This document shows, in pieces, positions 32,160-42,980 of a DNA stretch of 64,000 bases (positions are counted from its first letter, which is position 1; every line of letters starts with the position of its first letter). The stretch spans positions 2,598 through 66,597 of the forward strand of contig NZ_CALBGN010000018.1 in assembly GCF_937893305.1 (NCBI RefSeq). The letters run 5' to 3'. Source of the DNA: an uncultured Helicobacter sp. (GTDB taxonomy: Bacteria; Campylobacterota; Campylobacteria; Campylobacterales; Helicobacteraceae). The translations under genes were made by a program, and so were the position numbers. Under the pieces are notes generated by a model. That model was not told where the DNA came from, ran no database searches, and saw only the letters and a list, made by a program, of their open reading frames with translations.

Positions 32160-34085
32160 TTAAAATTTTTTGCTTTGAAGTTGCGTTTTAATATGATCTG
32201 CAAAGCTCCCAACTTCTAATGAGATTTGCTCACAAGAATCAATAATGTAATTACTCTCTTGAATCTTATCTTCTAAGAGCTGGATAGAATCATTAATTTT
32301 TGTGATTCCGTCATTTTGCTCTTGGATTGCAGAAGAAATCTCATTCATTGATTGTGCCAATAAGTTAATATTTGCTTCAATTTCCCCTAGACTTTTTTGC
32401 GTGCTTTCAGCTAGTTTTCTAACTTCATCTGCAACAACAGCAAAGCCTCTTCCGTGTTCTCCTGCTCTTGCTGCTTCAATAGCTGCATTTAATGCTAATA
32501 AGTTTGTTTGATCAGCAATATCTTTAATTGTCCCAACAACTCCACGAATATTATTAGCTTGTTGTGCAATTTCTTCAGATCTAGAAGCAGTATTTTGGAT
32601 AGAATCTGTCATTATAGAAATTGCTTCAGCAGATTGTTTTGCGGATAGGGATTGTGATTGTGAGCTTTCTTTGATTTGTGTAACAATATTTTGTAAAGAT
32701 TGATAAGAAATATTGAGTTTTTCTGCAGTAATGCTCTGCTCTTTTAACATTTCTTGGATATAAGAGCCTAGATTATTGATCCCATTAAGTGTTTGCAAAA
32801 ACGCACCTTGCTTGTTTTGCAAATCTGCCTTGTGTGTAAAATCATTTTCTTGAAAAATCTCTAAGGTTTTTGTAATTGTCTCTAAAGATTCTTTAATGGC
32901 TAGCATTGTAGAGTTTGTATAGTTTTTTAATGTATTAAGCTGTGCGTTGTTTGTTTCCTTTTCATTGATACTTGAAAAATCTCCACTTTGCATATTCTCT
33001 AAGACCACAATAGAGCCTTCTACACAAGCACGCTCAAACTCTAAATTCTTCTTAGTTGTTAAAATATTTTCATTAAGTGCCTTTGCAAGCGTTCCTAGCT
33101 CATCATTTGTTTTGATTTCACAAGAATTAATGGTTTGTGTTTTCCCATTAAGATAATCAAAAAATTCTAAAATAGAATTTTTAATTGGTTGCACTCCTCT
33201 TAAAAGTTTTGACATTACAACATTAATCACAAAAATTAAAAATACGGCAAAAATCAACATTTTAATAATTAAAGAAAAAATCATTGCATTAATAGGTTGA
33301 TAGATTACTTCTTCATCTTCTAAAAGACAAAATTTCCAATTTGTTTGTGTATCAATCTTACAAACACCTAATTTATCTCGAAATGTAAAAAATTGATTAG
33401 AATCTTTTTGTTCAATGAGAAATTTTGAAATTTCATTTTGAGAAAAAACTTCATTTTCATTTGGTGAAACAACAATATTTTGCTTACTATCCATCGCATA
33501 GGCAAGAGCAGTTTCGTTTTCAAATAATTTTTTAATATAAGCATTAAGTGGCTTTAATGCAATATCACCACTGACAACACCATAAAAAACATTATCCACA
33601 AAAATCGGAGCACTAAATCCAAAAACAGGAATCTTTTTACTAGCTTGCATCCATGCATCACTTAAAATAATATTTTGTTGTTTTTCTTTAGCAATAGAAA
33701 ACCAACTGCGCTTTCTTGGATCATAACCAGAGCTTGGATAAACATTATTACGATTGCTTCTTAGCATTCTTCCATTAGATTCCACTCCAAAATACATTAG
33801 ATTAAATCCACCCACAGCTTCACTTAACTCTAATGCATTTGTAATTCTTTCTTCATCGTGCAAATACTTAGTGATTTGCTTGCCTAACATATTTACAATA
33901 TGTTGTTTCTCTAGCAAATAAGAATCTAACACTAATAATGCGGAATCTACTTTGCGCTGATAATTTTTATAGCTTGTTGCAAGCTCAGCTTCTTTAATAT
34001 TTAAATATTGCCAAACCCCAAAAATAGAAAATCCAACAATACTCACTAAACTAACAACTAAAGTTACTTTTGTCTTTAAAGTCAT
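32160..34085 (-). CDS. Methyl-accepting chemotaxis protein with dCache sensor
   Basis: TM-dCache (YDPRKRSWF)-[41 protein letters not shown]. Confidence 0.95.
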   Translation of the reverse strand: MTLKTKVTLVVSLVSIVGFSIFGVWQYLNIKEAELATSYKNYQRKVDSALLVLDSYLLEKQHIVNMLGKQITKYLHDEERITNALELSEAVGGFNLMYFGVESNGRMLRSNRNNVYPSSGYDPRKRSWFSIAKEKQQNIILSDAWMQASKKIPVFGFSAPIFVDNVFYGVVSGDIALKPLNAYIKKLFENETALAYAMDSKQNIVVSPNENEVFSQNEISKFLIEQKDSNQFFTFRDKLGVCKIDTQTNWKFCLLEDEEVIYQPINAMIFSLIIKMLIFAVFLIFVINVVMSKLLRGVQPIKNSILEFFDYLNGKTQTINSCEIKTNDELGTLAKALNENILTTKKNLEFERACVEGSIVVLENMQSGDFSSINEKETNNAQLNTLKNYTNSTMLAIKESLETITKTLEIFQENDFTHKADLQNKQGAFLQTLNGINNLGSYIQEMLKEQSITAEKLNISYQSLQNIVTQIKESSQSQSLSAKQSAEAISIMTDSIQNTASRSEEIAQQANNIRGVVGTIKDIADQTNLLALNAAIEAARAGEHGRGFAVVADEVRKLAESTQKSLGEIEANINLLAQSMNEISSAIQEQNDGITKINDSIQLLEDKIQESNYIIDSCEQISLEVGSFADHIKTQLQSKKF

Positions 34086-34169
34086 TCATCTCTCCCAAAG
34101 AAACAAAAAATTAATCCGTAAGCAAAAATACGATTGATTTCAAATTAAGTTTGTAGAAAATGTAAATGC

Positions 34170-34194
34170 TTTAGATTCCACAAAGGAATCTAAA
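34170..34194. terminator. Inverted pair of the over-represented motif, putative yceI terminator
   Basis: TTTAGATTCC-ACAAA-GGAATCTAAA directly after the yceI-like stop. Confidence 0.6.
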
Positions 34195-34195
34195 A

Positions 34196-34771
34196 TTATT
34201 GAAGCTTTCCTTTAACTGTAATATCTACAATATTCCAGCTTAATCCTAAATGCCCTGCCGCTACATCACTAAGAGCCTTTAAAGCTTTTGGAGCATTGGA
34301 AAAAGCGAAAAGATCCAATCTTCCTTGTGCTTGGAAGTCTTTATTACCTAAAATCTCATAATTTAATGGCACAATTGTGCTTTGACGATTAATGATAACT
34401 TTTGCGCTAATTGTCCCTTTGTATTCTCCTTCAATCACATTAACAATTTCTACTTTAATATCATTTTTATTATTTAATGTGCCAAAAAACGCATTAATCA
34501 CATTATCTGTGATAACTTGGTTTTCTTCACCACCCATATCAATATCTTTTGGAGAAAGAATCACACTTGCCCCAACAAGCTGCTTAGAAAGTGTAGAATC
34601 GTCCTTTTTGAAATTAAATTTCGCTGTGCTAAAAACTCCTTTTGTTCCTGCCATTGTAGAAGTTTTATATCCTTCAAATCCAATTTGAAGACTTGTTTTA
34701 TCAAGTCCAGCCCCAAAAAGCGCACTTGATAACGCTAAAGTGCCAAATATAGCCAAAATGATGTTTTTCAT
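34196..34771 (-). CDS. YceI-like secreted lipid/polyisoprenoid-binding protein
   Basis: Signal peptide, FEGYKT...GTKGVF pattern of Campylobacterales YceI; ATG at 34771 after AAGGA. Confidence 0.7.
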   Translation of the reverse strand: MKNIILAIFGTLALSSALFGAGLDKTSLQIGFEGYKTSTMAGTKGVFSTAKFNFKKDDSTLSKQLVGASVILSPKDIDMGGEENQVITDNVINAFFGTLNNKNDIKVEIVNVIEGEYKGTISAKVIINRQSTIVPLNYEILGNKDFQAQGRLDLFAFSNAPKALKALSDVAAGHLGLSWNIVDITVKGKLQ

Positions 34772-34908
34772 TGTCAATCCTTAAATTTAAAATGTGAATC
34801 ATTATAATATAAAATTTTTTAAAAATAAAATTACAAATTCTCTAAATAATTTATTTTTGAGCAATAATAGTTTAAAATTAAAGACTTTTACAATTTTTAA
34901 GGAAATTT

Positions 34909-35805
34909 ATGCCGCTTGTTATGAACAATAACTCCAAAACAGCCCAAGATAATACAACACAAGACATACAAACTCTAGGTGTTTTTTTGCGTCCATCTAC
35001 ACCGGAACTTAAAGATTATTTTTTAGAATTTCAAGCTAAGGCTACACAATTAGGATTCCGTGTAATTTTAGATTCTATTAGTGCTGGAATGATAGGAATG
35101 CGTGGCTTAAATTTTGAAGAACTCTGCTTAGAAAGCGATGTGCTAATCTCTATTGGGGGCGATGGCACGCTAATCTCCACTGCTAGGCGTTCTTTTGCCT
35201 ATAAAAAGCCGATTTTAGGAATTAATATGGGGCGTTTAGGATTTCTTACAGATTTACAAAAACACGAAGTAGAAGACTTTTTGCCTAAATTAAAAAGTGG
35301 CAACTACACCATAGCTCACCACATAATGCTAGAAGGCAAAATCCAAAACAACACAAGTTTTTTTGCTCTAAATGATATTATTTTAACACGCTTAAATGAT
35401 GCAGGAATGATTCATTTAAAAGCCTATATTGATGGAGAGTATTTTAATGCTTATTATGGTGATGGCTTAATTATAGCCACACCCACAGGCTCTACTGCTT
35501 ATAATATTAGTGCAGGTGGTGCAGTGGTCTATCCTTTTTCTAAAAATATTCTTTTGACTCCTATTTGTGCGCATTCTCTTACGCAACGCCCACTAATCTT
35601 ACCAGATTTCTTTGAAATCACAATTCAATTAGGCGAAACTGGGCGTTGTAATATTGTTATTGATGGACAAGAGAGTAAGCCATTAAAATTTGGTGAAAGT
35701 ATCACAATTTGTGCCAAAAAAGAAGGTGTGCGTCTAATCCATAGCCCACACTGGGATTATTTTAAGATTTTAAAAGAGAAATTTCACTGGGGAGATTTTG
35801 AATAA
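34909..35805 (+). CDS. nadK: NAD kinase
   Basis: GGDGT, GRLGFL, ALND, DGLIIATPTGSTAY. Confidence 0.95.
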   Translation: MPLVMNNNSKTAQDNTTQDIQTLGVFLRPSTPELKDYFLEFQAKATQLGFRVILDSISAGMIGMRGLNFEELCLESDVLISIGGDGTLISTARRSFAYKKPILGINMGRLGFLTDLQKHEVEDFLPKLKSGNYTIAHHIMLEGKIQNNTSFFALNDIILTRLNDAGMIHLKAYIDGEYFNAYYGDGLIIATPTGSTAYNISAGGAVVYPFSKNILLTPICAHSLTQRPLILPDFFEITIQLGETGRCNIVIDGQESKPLKFGESITICAKKEGVRLIHSPHWDYFKILKEKFHWGDFE

Positions 35806-37358
35806 TGCAAAAACTTTGTATCCATAAAATCACAATTAAAGATTCTCCAACTTTTAAGCAAGCTAGCTTTTCTCCAAGCCCATATTTTAATGTCTTTAGT
35901 GGCGCAAGCGGAGCTGGAAAGTCTGTGCTTATGGAATCCATTTTAGCCCTTTTTGGTTTAAGAGAAACAAACGCTATACTCCTTGAAGCCACACTTGAAC
36001 TTCAGGGGATTTCAAAAGACTTTGAGGGCTTAATTGATGAGGGAGAAGTTGTGCTAACACTTAGCAAAAAAGACAAAGTCCGCTATTTTATAAACGCCCA
36101 AAATATCCCAAAAAAGAAAATCCAAGAGCTTTTCACACCCTTTTTAAAGCATCTTAGCACCAAATCCTATGATGCCACAAGTGAGCAAAATCTGTTTTTT
36201 GTGCTTGATGGTTTTATAGAATCCAAAAATAAAGAATATCAGCAAATCTTACAAGATTATAAAGAATCCTTTTTGCAATTTAATGCAGCTAAAAATACAC
36301 TAAAAACCCTACAAGATGAAGCACTAAAAGTTGCCGAGCTTAAAGAGTTTGTGCGTTTTGAAATCCAAAAACTAGAAACGCTAAACCCAAAAAAAGGCGA
36401 ATATGAAGAATTGTTAGAACTTAAAAAAGAAATTTCTAAAAAAGAAAAAATCAGCCAAAGCTTACAAGGCGTGCGTGAGTTTTTAAGTCAAAGCCACAAG
36501 GTTACGCAGTTTTTAAACCTAATAAATAGCGATGAAAGCGATTCTATCTTAAGCGCATTAAACACTCTTGAAAGCTTATGTGATCAAGCAAATGAACACT
36601 TAGAAGCCCTAGAAATGAGCAATCCAGAAGAGATTTTAAACCGCATTGAAGCCTTAAGCTCTCTTAAGCACCGCTATGGCGGAGTTGATGAGGCTTTAGA
36701 ATATTTGGAAAACAAAAAGCAAGAATTGCACAAATATGAAAATTTAGATTCCATCTTAAAAGACGCACAAAACTCTTATCAATTAGCCAAAACCACATTG
36801 CAAACAAGTGCAAAAGCTCTAACACAAGTAAGAGAAAAACATTTAAGTGATTTTGAAAATACACTAAATTCTGCATTAACTTCCCTAAAAATGCAAAACT
36901 CAAAAGTTATTCTAAAACCTATTTTAGAAGTAGAATCCTACACAATCTTAGGTGCGCAAAATCTTGAAATCACACTAAACACTACACTAAAAAACCTAAG
37001 TTCTGGTGAATTTAATCGCTTCCGTCTTGCCTTATTGCTCACACAAAAAAGCAAAGAAAGTTCCCTAATTCTTCTTGATGAATTAGACGCCAATTTAAGC
37101 GGACAAGAATCTCAAAGTGTCGCAAATGTGCTAAAAACACTCTCTCAAACACATCAAGTCTTTGCAATCTCTCATCAACCGCACATACCAAGCCTTGCAA
37201 ATACACATTTTCTCATCCAAAAACAATCTCAAACTTCAAGCATTACAGAGCTTGACAAACAAGGCAGAATCCAAGAAATAGCAAGAATGATAAGTGGCGA
37301 TTCTATCACAAAAGAAGCCCTAGAATTTGCCACCAAACAATTAAGCACATATCAATGA
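35805..37358 (+). CDS. recN: DNA repair protein RecN
   Basis: GASGAGKS, coiled coil, LSSGE, LDELDANLSG, ISHQP, EIARMISG. Confidence 0.93.
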   Translation: MQKLCIHKITIKDSPTFKQASFSPSPYFNVFSGASGAGKSVLMESILALFGLRETNAILLEATLELQGISKDFEGLIDEGEVVLTLSKKDKVRYFINAQNIPKKKIQELFTPFLKHLSTKSYDATSEQNLFFVLDGFIESKNKEYQQILQDYKESFLQFNAAKNTLKTLQDEALKVAELKEFVRFEIQKLETLNPKKGEYEELLELKKEISKKEKISQSLQGVREFLSQSHKVTQFLNLINSDESDSILSALNTLESLCDQANEHLEALEMSNPEEILNRIEALSSLKHRYGGVDEALEYLENKKQELHKYENLDSILKDAQNSYQLAKTTLQTSAKALTQVREKHLSDFENTLNSALTSLKMQNSKVILKPILEVESYTILGAQNLEITLNTTLKNLSSGEFNRFRLALLLTQKSKESSLILLDELDANLSGQESQSVANVLKTLSQTHQVFAISHQPHIPSLANTHFLIQKQSQTSSITELDKQGRIQEIARMISGDSITKEALEFATKQLSTYQ

Positions 37359-38692
37359 ACCTAAATACACTTCAAAAATTTGCAGATTATCTTACAAAAA
37401 CTCCACCTTTAAAACTCCGATTAATAAGAAGAATCGGGGACAATCTCTTTAAGCTTGATATTGATGGCTCACTTTTTTTTATAGATTTAACCCGTCAAAA
37501 ATCCACAATTTTTATCACAGATGAATCCTTAATCGCACCAAAAATCTACCAAGCACCTTTTGATAAAAGCCTAGAAAAACATTGCTTTAATGCTAGGATT
37601 TTAAAGGCAAAACTTGATGGCAACAATAGAATCTTACAGATCTTTTTACAAACACAAAATAGCTATAAAACCTTGCAAACCACTCTACAAATTGAATTTA
37701 CAGGACGCAATACAAACCTTATCCTTTTAGATTCTAACAATATCATCTTAGATGCCTTGCGCCACATCACAAAAGAACAATCTTTTAGAGAAGTTAGAAT
37801 CCAAAAACAACTCTTACCACTACCCCAGCCCACAACTCCACCAAAAATACACGATGAAGGAGAACTTTTTAGTGTTTTAAGACATAATTTTAAAACCCTA
37901 CAAAAAAAAGAACTTGAACAAAAAATCCAAAAATCCACAAACACACTTCTACAAAAAATCTCCCAAATCAAGCATTTTATCAACGCACTAGAAGATAAAA
38001 ATCTCCTAGAATCTAACGCAAAAAAAGAAGCACATTTTGGACAACTTCTTGTAGAAAATCTCTATTTATATCCGAACTTTAAAGGCACTTCTATCACTCT
38101 TAATGCTACACAAATCACACTCCCTACTAAAGCCCATTCTCTAAGCCACGCAGCACAGATATTCTTTGAAAACTCAAAAAAACTTGCCAAAAAAGCAAAA
38201 AATATTCATCTCCAAGCACAAATCCTACAAGAAAAACTAAATTTTTATGAAAATCTACTTGAAATGATACAAAATGTAACAAACATTAACGATTTACAAA
38301 TTTTAAATTCTAATTTCCAAAAAGACTCTACGCCAAAAGACTCCAAACGCAAGAAAGAAAACAAGCAATTTGAAAGCTTTTTTATTGAAGGCATTAAGGT
38401 TTCTATTGGCAAAAGTGGGCGTGAAAACATTGCGCTCTTAAAAGAAGCACGCGCAGAAGATCTTTGGATGCATATCCGCAATCTCCCAAGTTCTCATTGT
38501 ATTATCCATTGCGGAAAATCAAAAGTTTCCGATATAATCTTATACAAAGCCGCAAAGATTTTAATTGGATTTACAAAAAGTTTTGGTGGAAATTATGATA
38601 TAGATTATACAAAGCGTAAATTTGTCAAAATCACACAAGGCGCAAATGTCGTGTATGCAAAAGAGCAAACGCTCCAACTAAAAAAGGATTAA
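37355..38692 (+). CDS. NFACT/FbpA (RqcH-like) protein
   Basis: IEFTGRNTNLILLD; NFACT-R segment DLWMHIRNLPSSH. Confidence 0.88.
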   Translation: MNLNTLQKFADYLTKTPPLKLRLIRRIGDNLFKLDIDGSLFFIDLTRQKSTIFITDESLIAPKIYQAPFDKSLEKHCFNARILKAKLDGNNRILQIFLQTQNSYKTLQTTLQIEFTGRNTNLILLDSNNIILDALRHITKEQSFREVRIQKQLLPLPQPTTPPKIHDEGELFSVLRHNFKTLQKKELEQKIQKSTNTLLQKISQIKHFINALEDKNLLESNAKKEAHFGQLLVENLYLYPNFKGTSITLNATQITLPTKAHSLSHAAQIFFENSKKLAKKAKNIHLQAQILQEKLNFYENLLEMIQNVTNINDLQILNSNFQKDSTPKDSKRKKENKQFESFFIEGIKVSIGKSGRENIALLKEARAEDLWMHIRNLPSSHCIIHCGKSKVSDIILYKAAKILIGFTKSFGGNYDIDYTKRKFVKITQGANVVYAKEQTLQLKKD

Positions 38693-38694
38693 AA

Positions 38695-39042
38695 ATGGCT
38701 GTAACTCCTGTTGGCAATATGACTTACATTAATCAAAACGCTCAAGTAGGTTCTGTTCAACAAGCAAACACGCAAGTTAAACTTGATTTTCAAGCAATGG
38801 TAAATCTCCAAAATATGCAAGACCAACAAGACGAAATCCAAGAAGTGCGTCCCACAGAAGAAACACTTGAAGTTAAAGACGAAAGAGAAGGTAATGGCAA
38901 ACAAGAAAAAGATGAGGAAGAATCTAAGCAAGAATCTAAGCAAGAATCTAAGCAAGAATCTAAGCAAGAATCCGCCAAACAAGATGATTCTATACAAACA
39001 AACGAAAATGGCACAATCACACATTTAAACATCTCTGTGTAA
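38695..39042 (+). CDS. Conserved hypothetical acidic protein with ESKQ repeats
   Basis: MAVTPVGNMTYINQN, IQEVRPTEE, C-terminal HLNISV; AAGGA RBS. Confidence 0.75.
   Translation: MAVTPVGNMTYINQNAQVGSVQQANTQVKLDFQAMVNLQNMQDQQDEIQEVRPTEETLEVKDEREGNGKQEKDEEESKQESKQESKQESKQESAKQDDSIQTNENGTITHLNISV
38918..38972 (+). repeat. 12-bp coding tandem repeat (AAGAATCTAAGC) x about 4.6
   Basis: Perfect copies visible; encodes ESKQ x4. Confidence 0.95.
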
Positions 39043-39044
39043 AG

Positions 39045-39062
39045 TTGGAATCCTTTTTGCTA
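39045..39062 (+). promoter_or_regulatory. Possible sigma54 promoter of the OMP gene
   Basis: TTGGAATCCTTTTTGCTA (GG-N10-GC) about 30 nt upstream of the ATG; overlaps the common GGAATCC motif, so may be chance. Confidence 0.45.
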
Positions 39063-39092
39063 TCTGCTTTCAAAACAAGAAAAGGATAGCTT

Positions 39093-39770
39093 ATGCAGGC
39101 TTTTTTAAGGATATTTGCTGGGTTTGTGTTTCTCTCCACTCTAACCTTTGCGTGGCAGCCAAACCCATACCACTCACAAAGTGATGAACATCCCCTTTAC
39201 ACAGAGCGTAAAAATCGTTTATTAGGTGTTTATAGCACTTATAATAAAGCAAAATCTGATGCTAAACTTAGCATTAGCGGCTTTGAAACGCAAAATCATA
39301 ATCTTAGTGAAAAACAATTTGGAATTGGAATCGTATTTGGATATTTGCTTGATTCTAATAATAGACTCTTAGCAAGCTTTGAACATCACTTTAAACAAAA
39401 TGGCTTTTCTTATCAACTTCTAACTCTAGGTTATGCTTTCACCCCAAAACTCCCAAACAGCACACAATGGCGTTTAATCTTAGGCGTAAATGCTGGACTT
39501 GCGCTAGGAAAATTTGAAAGTGGCAGTTTTGTCATCAATGATAGTGCTTTAGATAAACTCTCCTACACAGGATTAACCTATGGTGTCAAAGGCGGATTTA
39601 TCCGCACATTTCACAGCGGAGAGCTAGAGTTTGGTCTGCAAGCAAGACGCTTAGATTTTGGCGAAGAAAGCGGAAGTTTAACACTAAATAATAACCCAAG
39701 TTCTGCAAACTTAGATCTTAGCGAAACTTCTAGTTTAGGCTTTTATCTAGGCTATAATTTCTTATTTTAA
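39093..39770 (+). CDS. Small outer-membrane beta-barrel protein
   Basis: Signal peptide, amphipathic beta strands, C-terminal YLGYNFLF. Confidence 0.8.
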   Translation: MQAFLRIFAGFVFLSTLTFAWQPNPYHSQSDEHPLYTERKNRLLGVYSTYNKAKSDAKLSISGFETQNHNLSEKQFGIGIVFGYLLDSNNRLLASFEHHFKQNGFSYQLLTLGYAFTPKLPNSTQWRLILGVNAGLALGKFESGSFVINDSALDKLSYTGLTYGVKGGFIRTFHSGELEFGLQARRLDFGEESGSLTLNNNPSSANLDLSETSSLGFYLGYNFLF

Positions 39771-39779
39771 AGGATAAAA

Positions 39780-40580
39780 ATGTGGATTTTATTTTCACCT
39801 AGCGAGAAAAAACATCTAACACATAAAGACGCCACAAAAGGCAATCCAACATTTTATCAAAACTTCGTCTGTGAAAACTTACAAGAAATCCTACACGCCT
39901 ACACACAATACCTACAACACGCTAGCGATACACAGCTTCAAAAACTTTTTGGAGTAAAAACGCTTAATCTTAATGAACTCTCCTTAGCACAAAATCTTCT
40001 TACAGCACCTCTTATAGATTCCATTAAACGCTATGATGGAGTAGCTTTTAATGCACTAAATTATGAAAGCTTGGACAACAACGCTAAGAATTATCTAAAG
40101 AAACATCTTTTAATTTTTTCAAACCTTTTTGGAGTGCTTAGAACAACAGATAAGATCCCTTATTACGACTTAAAACAAGGCGAGGGTTTTTGCTATGAAA
40201 ACACCACATTTTCTACAAAAAACCTCTATGCAAATCATCACGCAAAAATTTGGGATTTTTTGGATTCCACAAAGACTTTAGAATTTTTGGATTTGCGTGC
40301 AGGTTTCTATCAAAAATGTTTTTCTTTTAACAAGATCCCAACTTCTTTAAAAGCAAAAAATCTTCACATTTTAACGCCAAACTTTCTAAAAAATGGCAAA
40401 ACCTTAAGCCATTATGCAAAATTCTATCGTGGAATCCTTTTGCAAACTTGCGCAAAATACAAGGTGTTAGACTTAGAAACGCTCCTTAAAACAGACATTG
40501 CAGGACTCACCCTAACAAACACAAGCACCACGCACCAAGCAAATATCACTCAAACACTCCTAACTTACACGATTTCTTAA
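39780..40580 (+). CDS. yaaA: YaaA (UPF0246) peroxide stress family protein
   Basis: ILFSPSEKK, RYDGVAF, FSNLFG, IPYYDLK, SHYAKFYRG. Confidence 0.85.
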   Translation: MWILFSPSEKKHLTHKDATKGNPTFYQNFVCENLQEILHAYTQYLQHASDTQLQKLFGVKTLNLNELSLAQNLLTAPLIDSIKRYDGVAFNALNYESLDNNAKNYLKKHLLIFSNLFGVLRTTDKIPYYDLKQGEGFCYENTTFSTKNLYANHHAKIWDFLDSTKTLEFLDLRAGFYQKCFSFNKIPTSLKAKNLHILTPNFLKNGKTLSHYAKFYRGILLQTCAKYKVLDLETLLKTDIAGLTLTNTSTTHQANITQTLLTYTIS

Positions 40581-40630
40581 ATTTTTAGTATAATTGCGCT
40601 TTGATTTTAAGGTTATAACAAAGGGATATT

Positions 40631-41374
40631 ATGAATTTTTGCGGTAACAATGTTTTAATTACAGGTGCATCTAAAGGTATTGGTGCTGAGATTGCTAAAG
40701 TTTTAGCAAAAAAGGGCTTAAAAGTATGGATCAACTACCGCTCAAAGCCAGAGCTTGCAGACTCTTTAAAAGCAGAGATTGAAGCAAATGGCGGAAGTGC
40801 AGCAGTTGTATGTTTTGATGCAACAGATGAAGAAGCGTTTATTGCAGGACTTAATGCAATTACAAGCAGTGATGGTGCTTTAGCATTTTTAGTAAATAAT
40901 GCAGGCATTACAAACGATAAACTTTCAATGCGTATGCAAACACAAGATTTTACTTCTGTGCTTAATGCAAATTTAACTTCAAGCTTTATTGGTTGTCGCG
41001 AAGCCTTAAAGATTATGCGCAAACAAGGCTATGGTGCGGTAGTTAATATCGCCTCAATCATTGGAGAAATTGGAAACCTTGGACAATGTAATTATGCAGC
41101 AAGCAAAGGCGGAATGATTGCGATGACAAAATCTTTTGCCAAAGAAGGTGGAAGTAAAGGAATCCGATTTAACTGCATAACACCGGGCTTTATTGAAAGC
41201 GATATGACAAAAAGCTTAAAAGATGAAATTAAAGCAGAATATGCAAAAAATATCCCTCTAGGTCGCTTTGGAAGTGGAGAAGAAGTTGCTGAAGCTGTTG
41301 CGTTTTTGCTTTCAAATGGCGCAAATTACATAACCGGGGAAGTCTTAAAGGTAAATGGCGGGCTTTATATGTAG
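40631..41374 (+). CDS. fabG: 3-oxoacyl-ACP reductase
   Basis: TGASKGIG, NNAGIT, YAASK; precedes acpP. Confidence 0.96.
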   Translation: MNFCGNNVLITGASKGIGAEIAKVLAKKGLKVWINYRSKPELADSLKAEIEANGGSAAVVCFDATDEEAFIAGLNAITSSDGALAFLVNNAGITNDKLSMRMQTQDFTSVLNANLTSSFIGCREALKIMRKQGYGAVVNIASIIGEIGNLGQCNYAASKGGMIAMTKSFAKEGGSKGIRFNCITPGFIESDMTKSLKDEIKAEYAKNIPLGRFGSGEEVAEAVAFLLSNGANYITGEVLKVNGGLYM

Positions 41375-41444
41375 CAAATAAAGTTTTTTAAGAAAAACTT
41401 AGCTACAATACAGCCTTATTGAAATTTTTTAAGGAGAAGTTGCA

Positions 41445-41678
41445 ATGGCAATATTTGATGATGTAAAGGCAGTTGTTGTAGAACAGCTTAATGTAAATGA
41501 AGGTGAAGTGAAGCCAGAATCTAAATTTGTAGATGATTTAGGTGCAGATTCTTTAGATGTTGTTGAGCTTGTAATGGCATTAGAAGAAAAATTTGAAATT
41601 GAAATCCCAGATGAAGAAGCGGAAAAAATTCAAACCGTTGGAGATGTTGTTGCTTATATTGAAAAGGCAAAAGCTTAA
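41445..41678 (+). CDS. acpP: Acyl carrier protein
   Basis: [18 protein letters not shown]. Confidence 0.98.
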   Translation: MAIFDDVKAVVVEQLNVNEGEVKPESKFVDDLGADSLDVVELVMALEEKFEIEIPDEEAEKIQTVGDVVAYIEKAKA

Positions 41679-41692
41679 TTTATACTCTTTTT

Positions 41693-41724
41693 AGTATGCC
41701 TTATAGGGCATACTTTATATTTTT
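41693..41724 (+). terminator. Intrinsic terminator or stabilising hairpin after acpP
   Basis: AGTATGCC-TTATAG-GGCATACT followed by a T-rich tract. Confidence 0.7.
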
Positions 41725-41741
41725 ATAATCAAGGGAGAAAT

Positions 41742-42977
41742 ATGAGACGCGTAGTGGTAACTGGACTAGGAATGATTAATGCTCTTGGATTAAACAGAGA
41801 GGATTCTTTTAAAGCTATTATAGAAGGAAGATGTGGAGTTAAAACAATCTCCTCTTTTGACATTTCAGAATTTCCTGTGAAAATTGCCGCTGAAATTACA
41901 GATTTTGACCCAAATAGCGTAATGGACGCAAAAGAAATTAAAAAAGCCGACCGCTTTATTCAATTAGGAATCAAAGCTGCAAAAGAAGCTATGGAAGATA
42001 GCGGTTTATTAAATGCTGATGGTAAATTGCAAGATTCTATTAATCCTGAACGCTTTGGTATTAGCTCTGCTTCTGGGATTGGTGGTTTAGGAAATATTGA
42101 AAAAAACTCTGTGGTGAATTTTGAACGCGGACCAAAGCGCATTTCACCTTTTTTTATCCCATCAGCACTTGTGAATATGCTTGGTGGATTTATCTCTATT
42201 GATTATTCTATTAAAGGACCAAACCTAGCAAGCGTTACAGCTTGTGCTGCAGGGACACACGGCATTAGTGAAGCAGGGAAAACCATAATGCTAAACTGCG
42301 CTGATAGAATGCTTGTTGTTGCTGCTGAATCTGCAATTTGTGGCGTAGGAATCGGTGGCTTTGCTGCAATGAAAGCACTATCTGATAGAAATGATGATCC
42401 GCAACACGCAAGTCGTCCTTTTGATAATGAGCGCAATGGCTTTGTAATGGGAGAAGGTGCAGCAGCTTTAGTGCTTGAAGAATATGAAGCGGCAAAAGCA
42501 AGGGGAGCGACAATTTATGCAGAATTAGTAGGTTTTGGAGAAAGTGGCGATGCAAATCACATTACTACACCAGCACCAGAAGGAGAAGGCGCATATCGTG
42601 CAATGAAAGCAGCACTAACTATGGCAAATATACAAATTGATTATGTCAATGCACACGGAACTAGCACGAAATACAACGATCTTTATGAAACACTTGCTCT
42701 TAAAAAAGTCTTTAATGGTAATGTCCCTCCTGTTAGCTCCACCAAAGGACAAATTGGACATTGCTTGGGCGCAGCAGGTGGAATTGAAGCAGTAATTTCT
42801 ATCCTATCTATGCAAAAAGGAATCTTGCCACCAACAATCAATCAAATCCAAAAAGATCCAGAATGTGATTTAGACTACATACCAAACACTCCAAGAGAAG
42901 CAAAGATTAATGCAGTAATGAGCAATTCCTTTGGTTTTGGGGGAACTAATGGCGTTGTAATCTTTAAAAAAGTGTAA
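41742..42977 (+). CDS. fabF: Beta-ketoacyl-ACP synthase II
   Basis: RRVVVTG, TACAAG, NAHGTST, GHCLGAAG, NSFGFGG. Confidence 0.96.
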   Translation: MRRVVVTGLGMINALGLNREDSFKAIIEGRCGVKTISSFDISEFPVKIAAEITDFDPNSVMDAKEIKKADRFIQLGIKAAKEAMEDSGLLNADGKLQDSINPERFGISSASGIGGLGNIEKNSVVNFERGPKRISPFFIPSALVNMLGGFISIDYSIKGPNLASVTACAAGTHGISEAGKTIMLNCADRMLVVAAESAICGVGIGGFAAMKALSDRNDDPQHASRPFDNERNGFVMGEGAAALVLEEYEAAKARGATIYAELVGFGESGDANHITTPAPEGEGAYRAMKAALTMANIQIDYVNAHGTSTKYNDLYETLALKKVFNGNVPPVSSTKGQIGHCLGAAGGIEAVISILSMQKGILPPTINQIQKDPECDLDYIPNTPREAKINAVMSNSFGFGGTNGVVIFKKV

Positions 42978-42980
42978 ATC

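Noticed and set aside
38918..38972. CRISPR array
   Set aside because: Contiguous 12-bp units with no spacers, inside a CDS; no cas genes in the window
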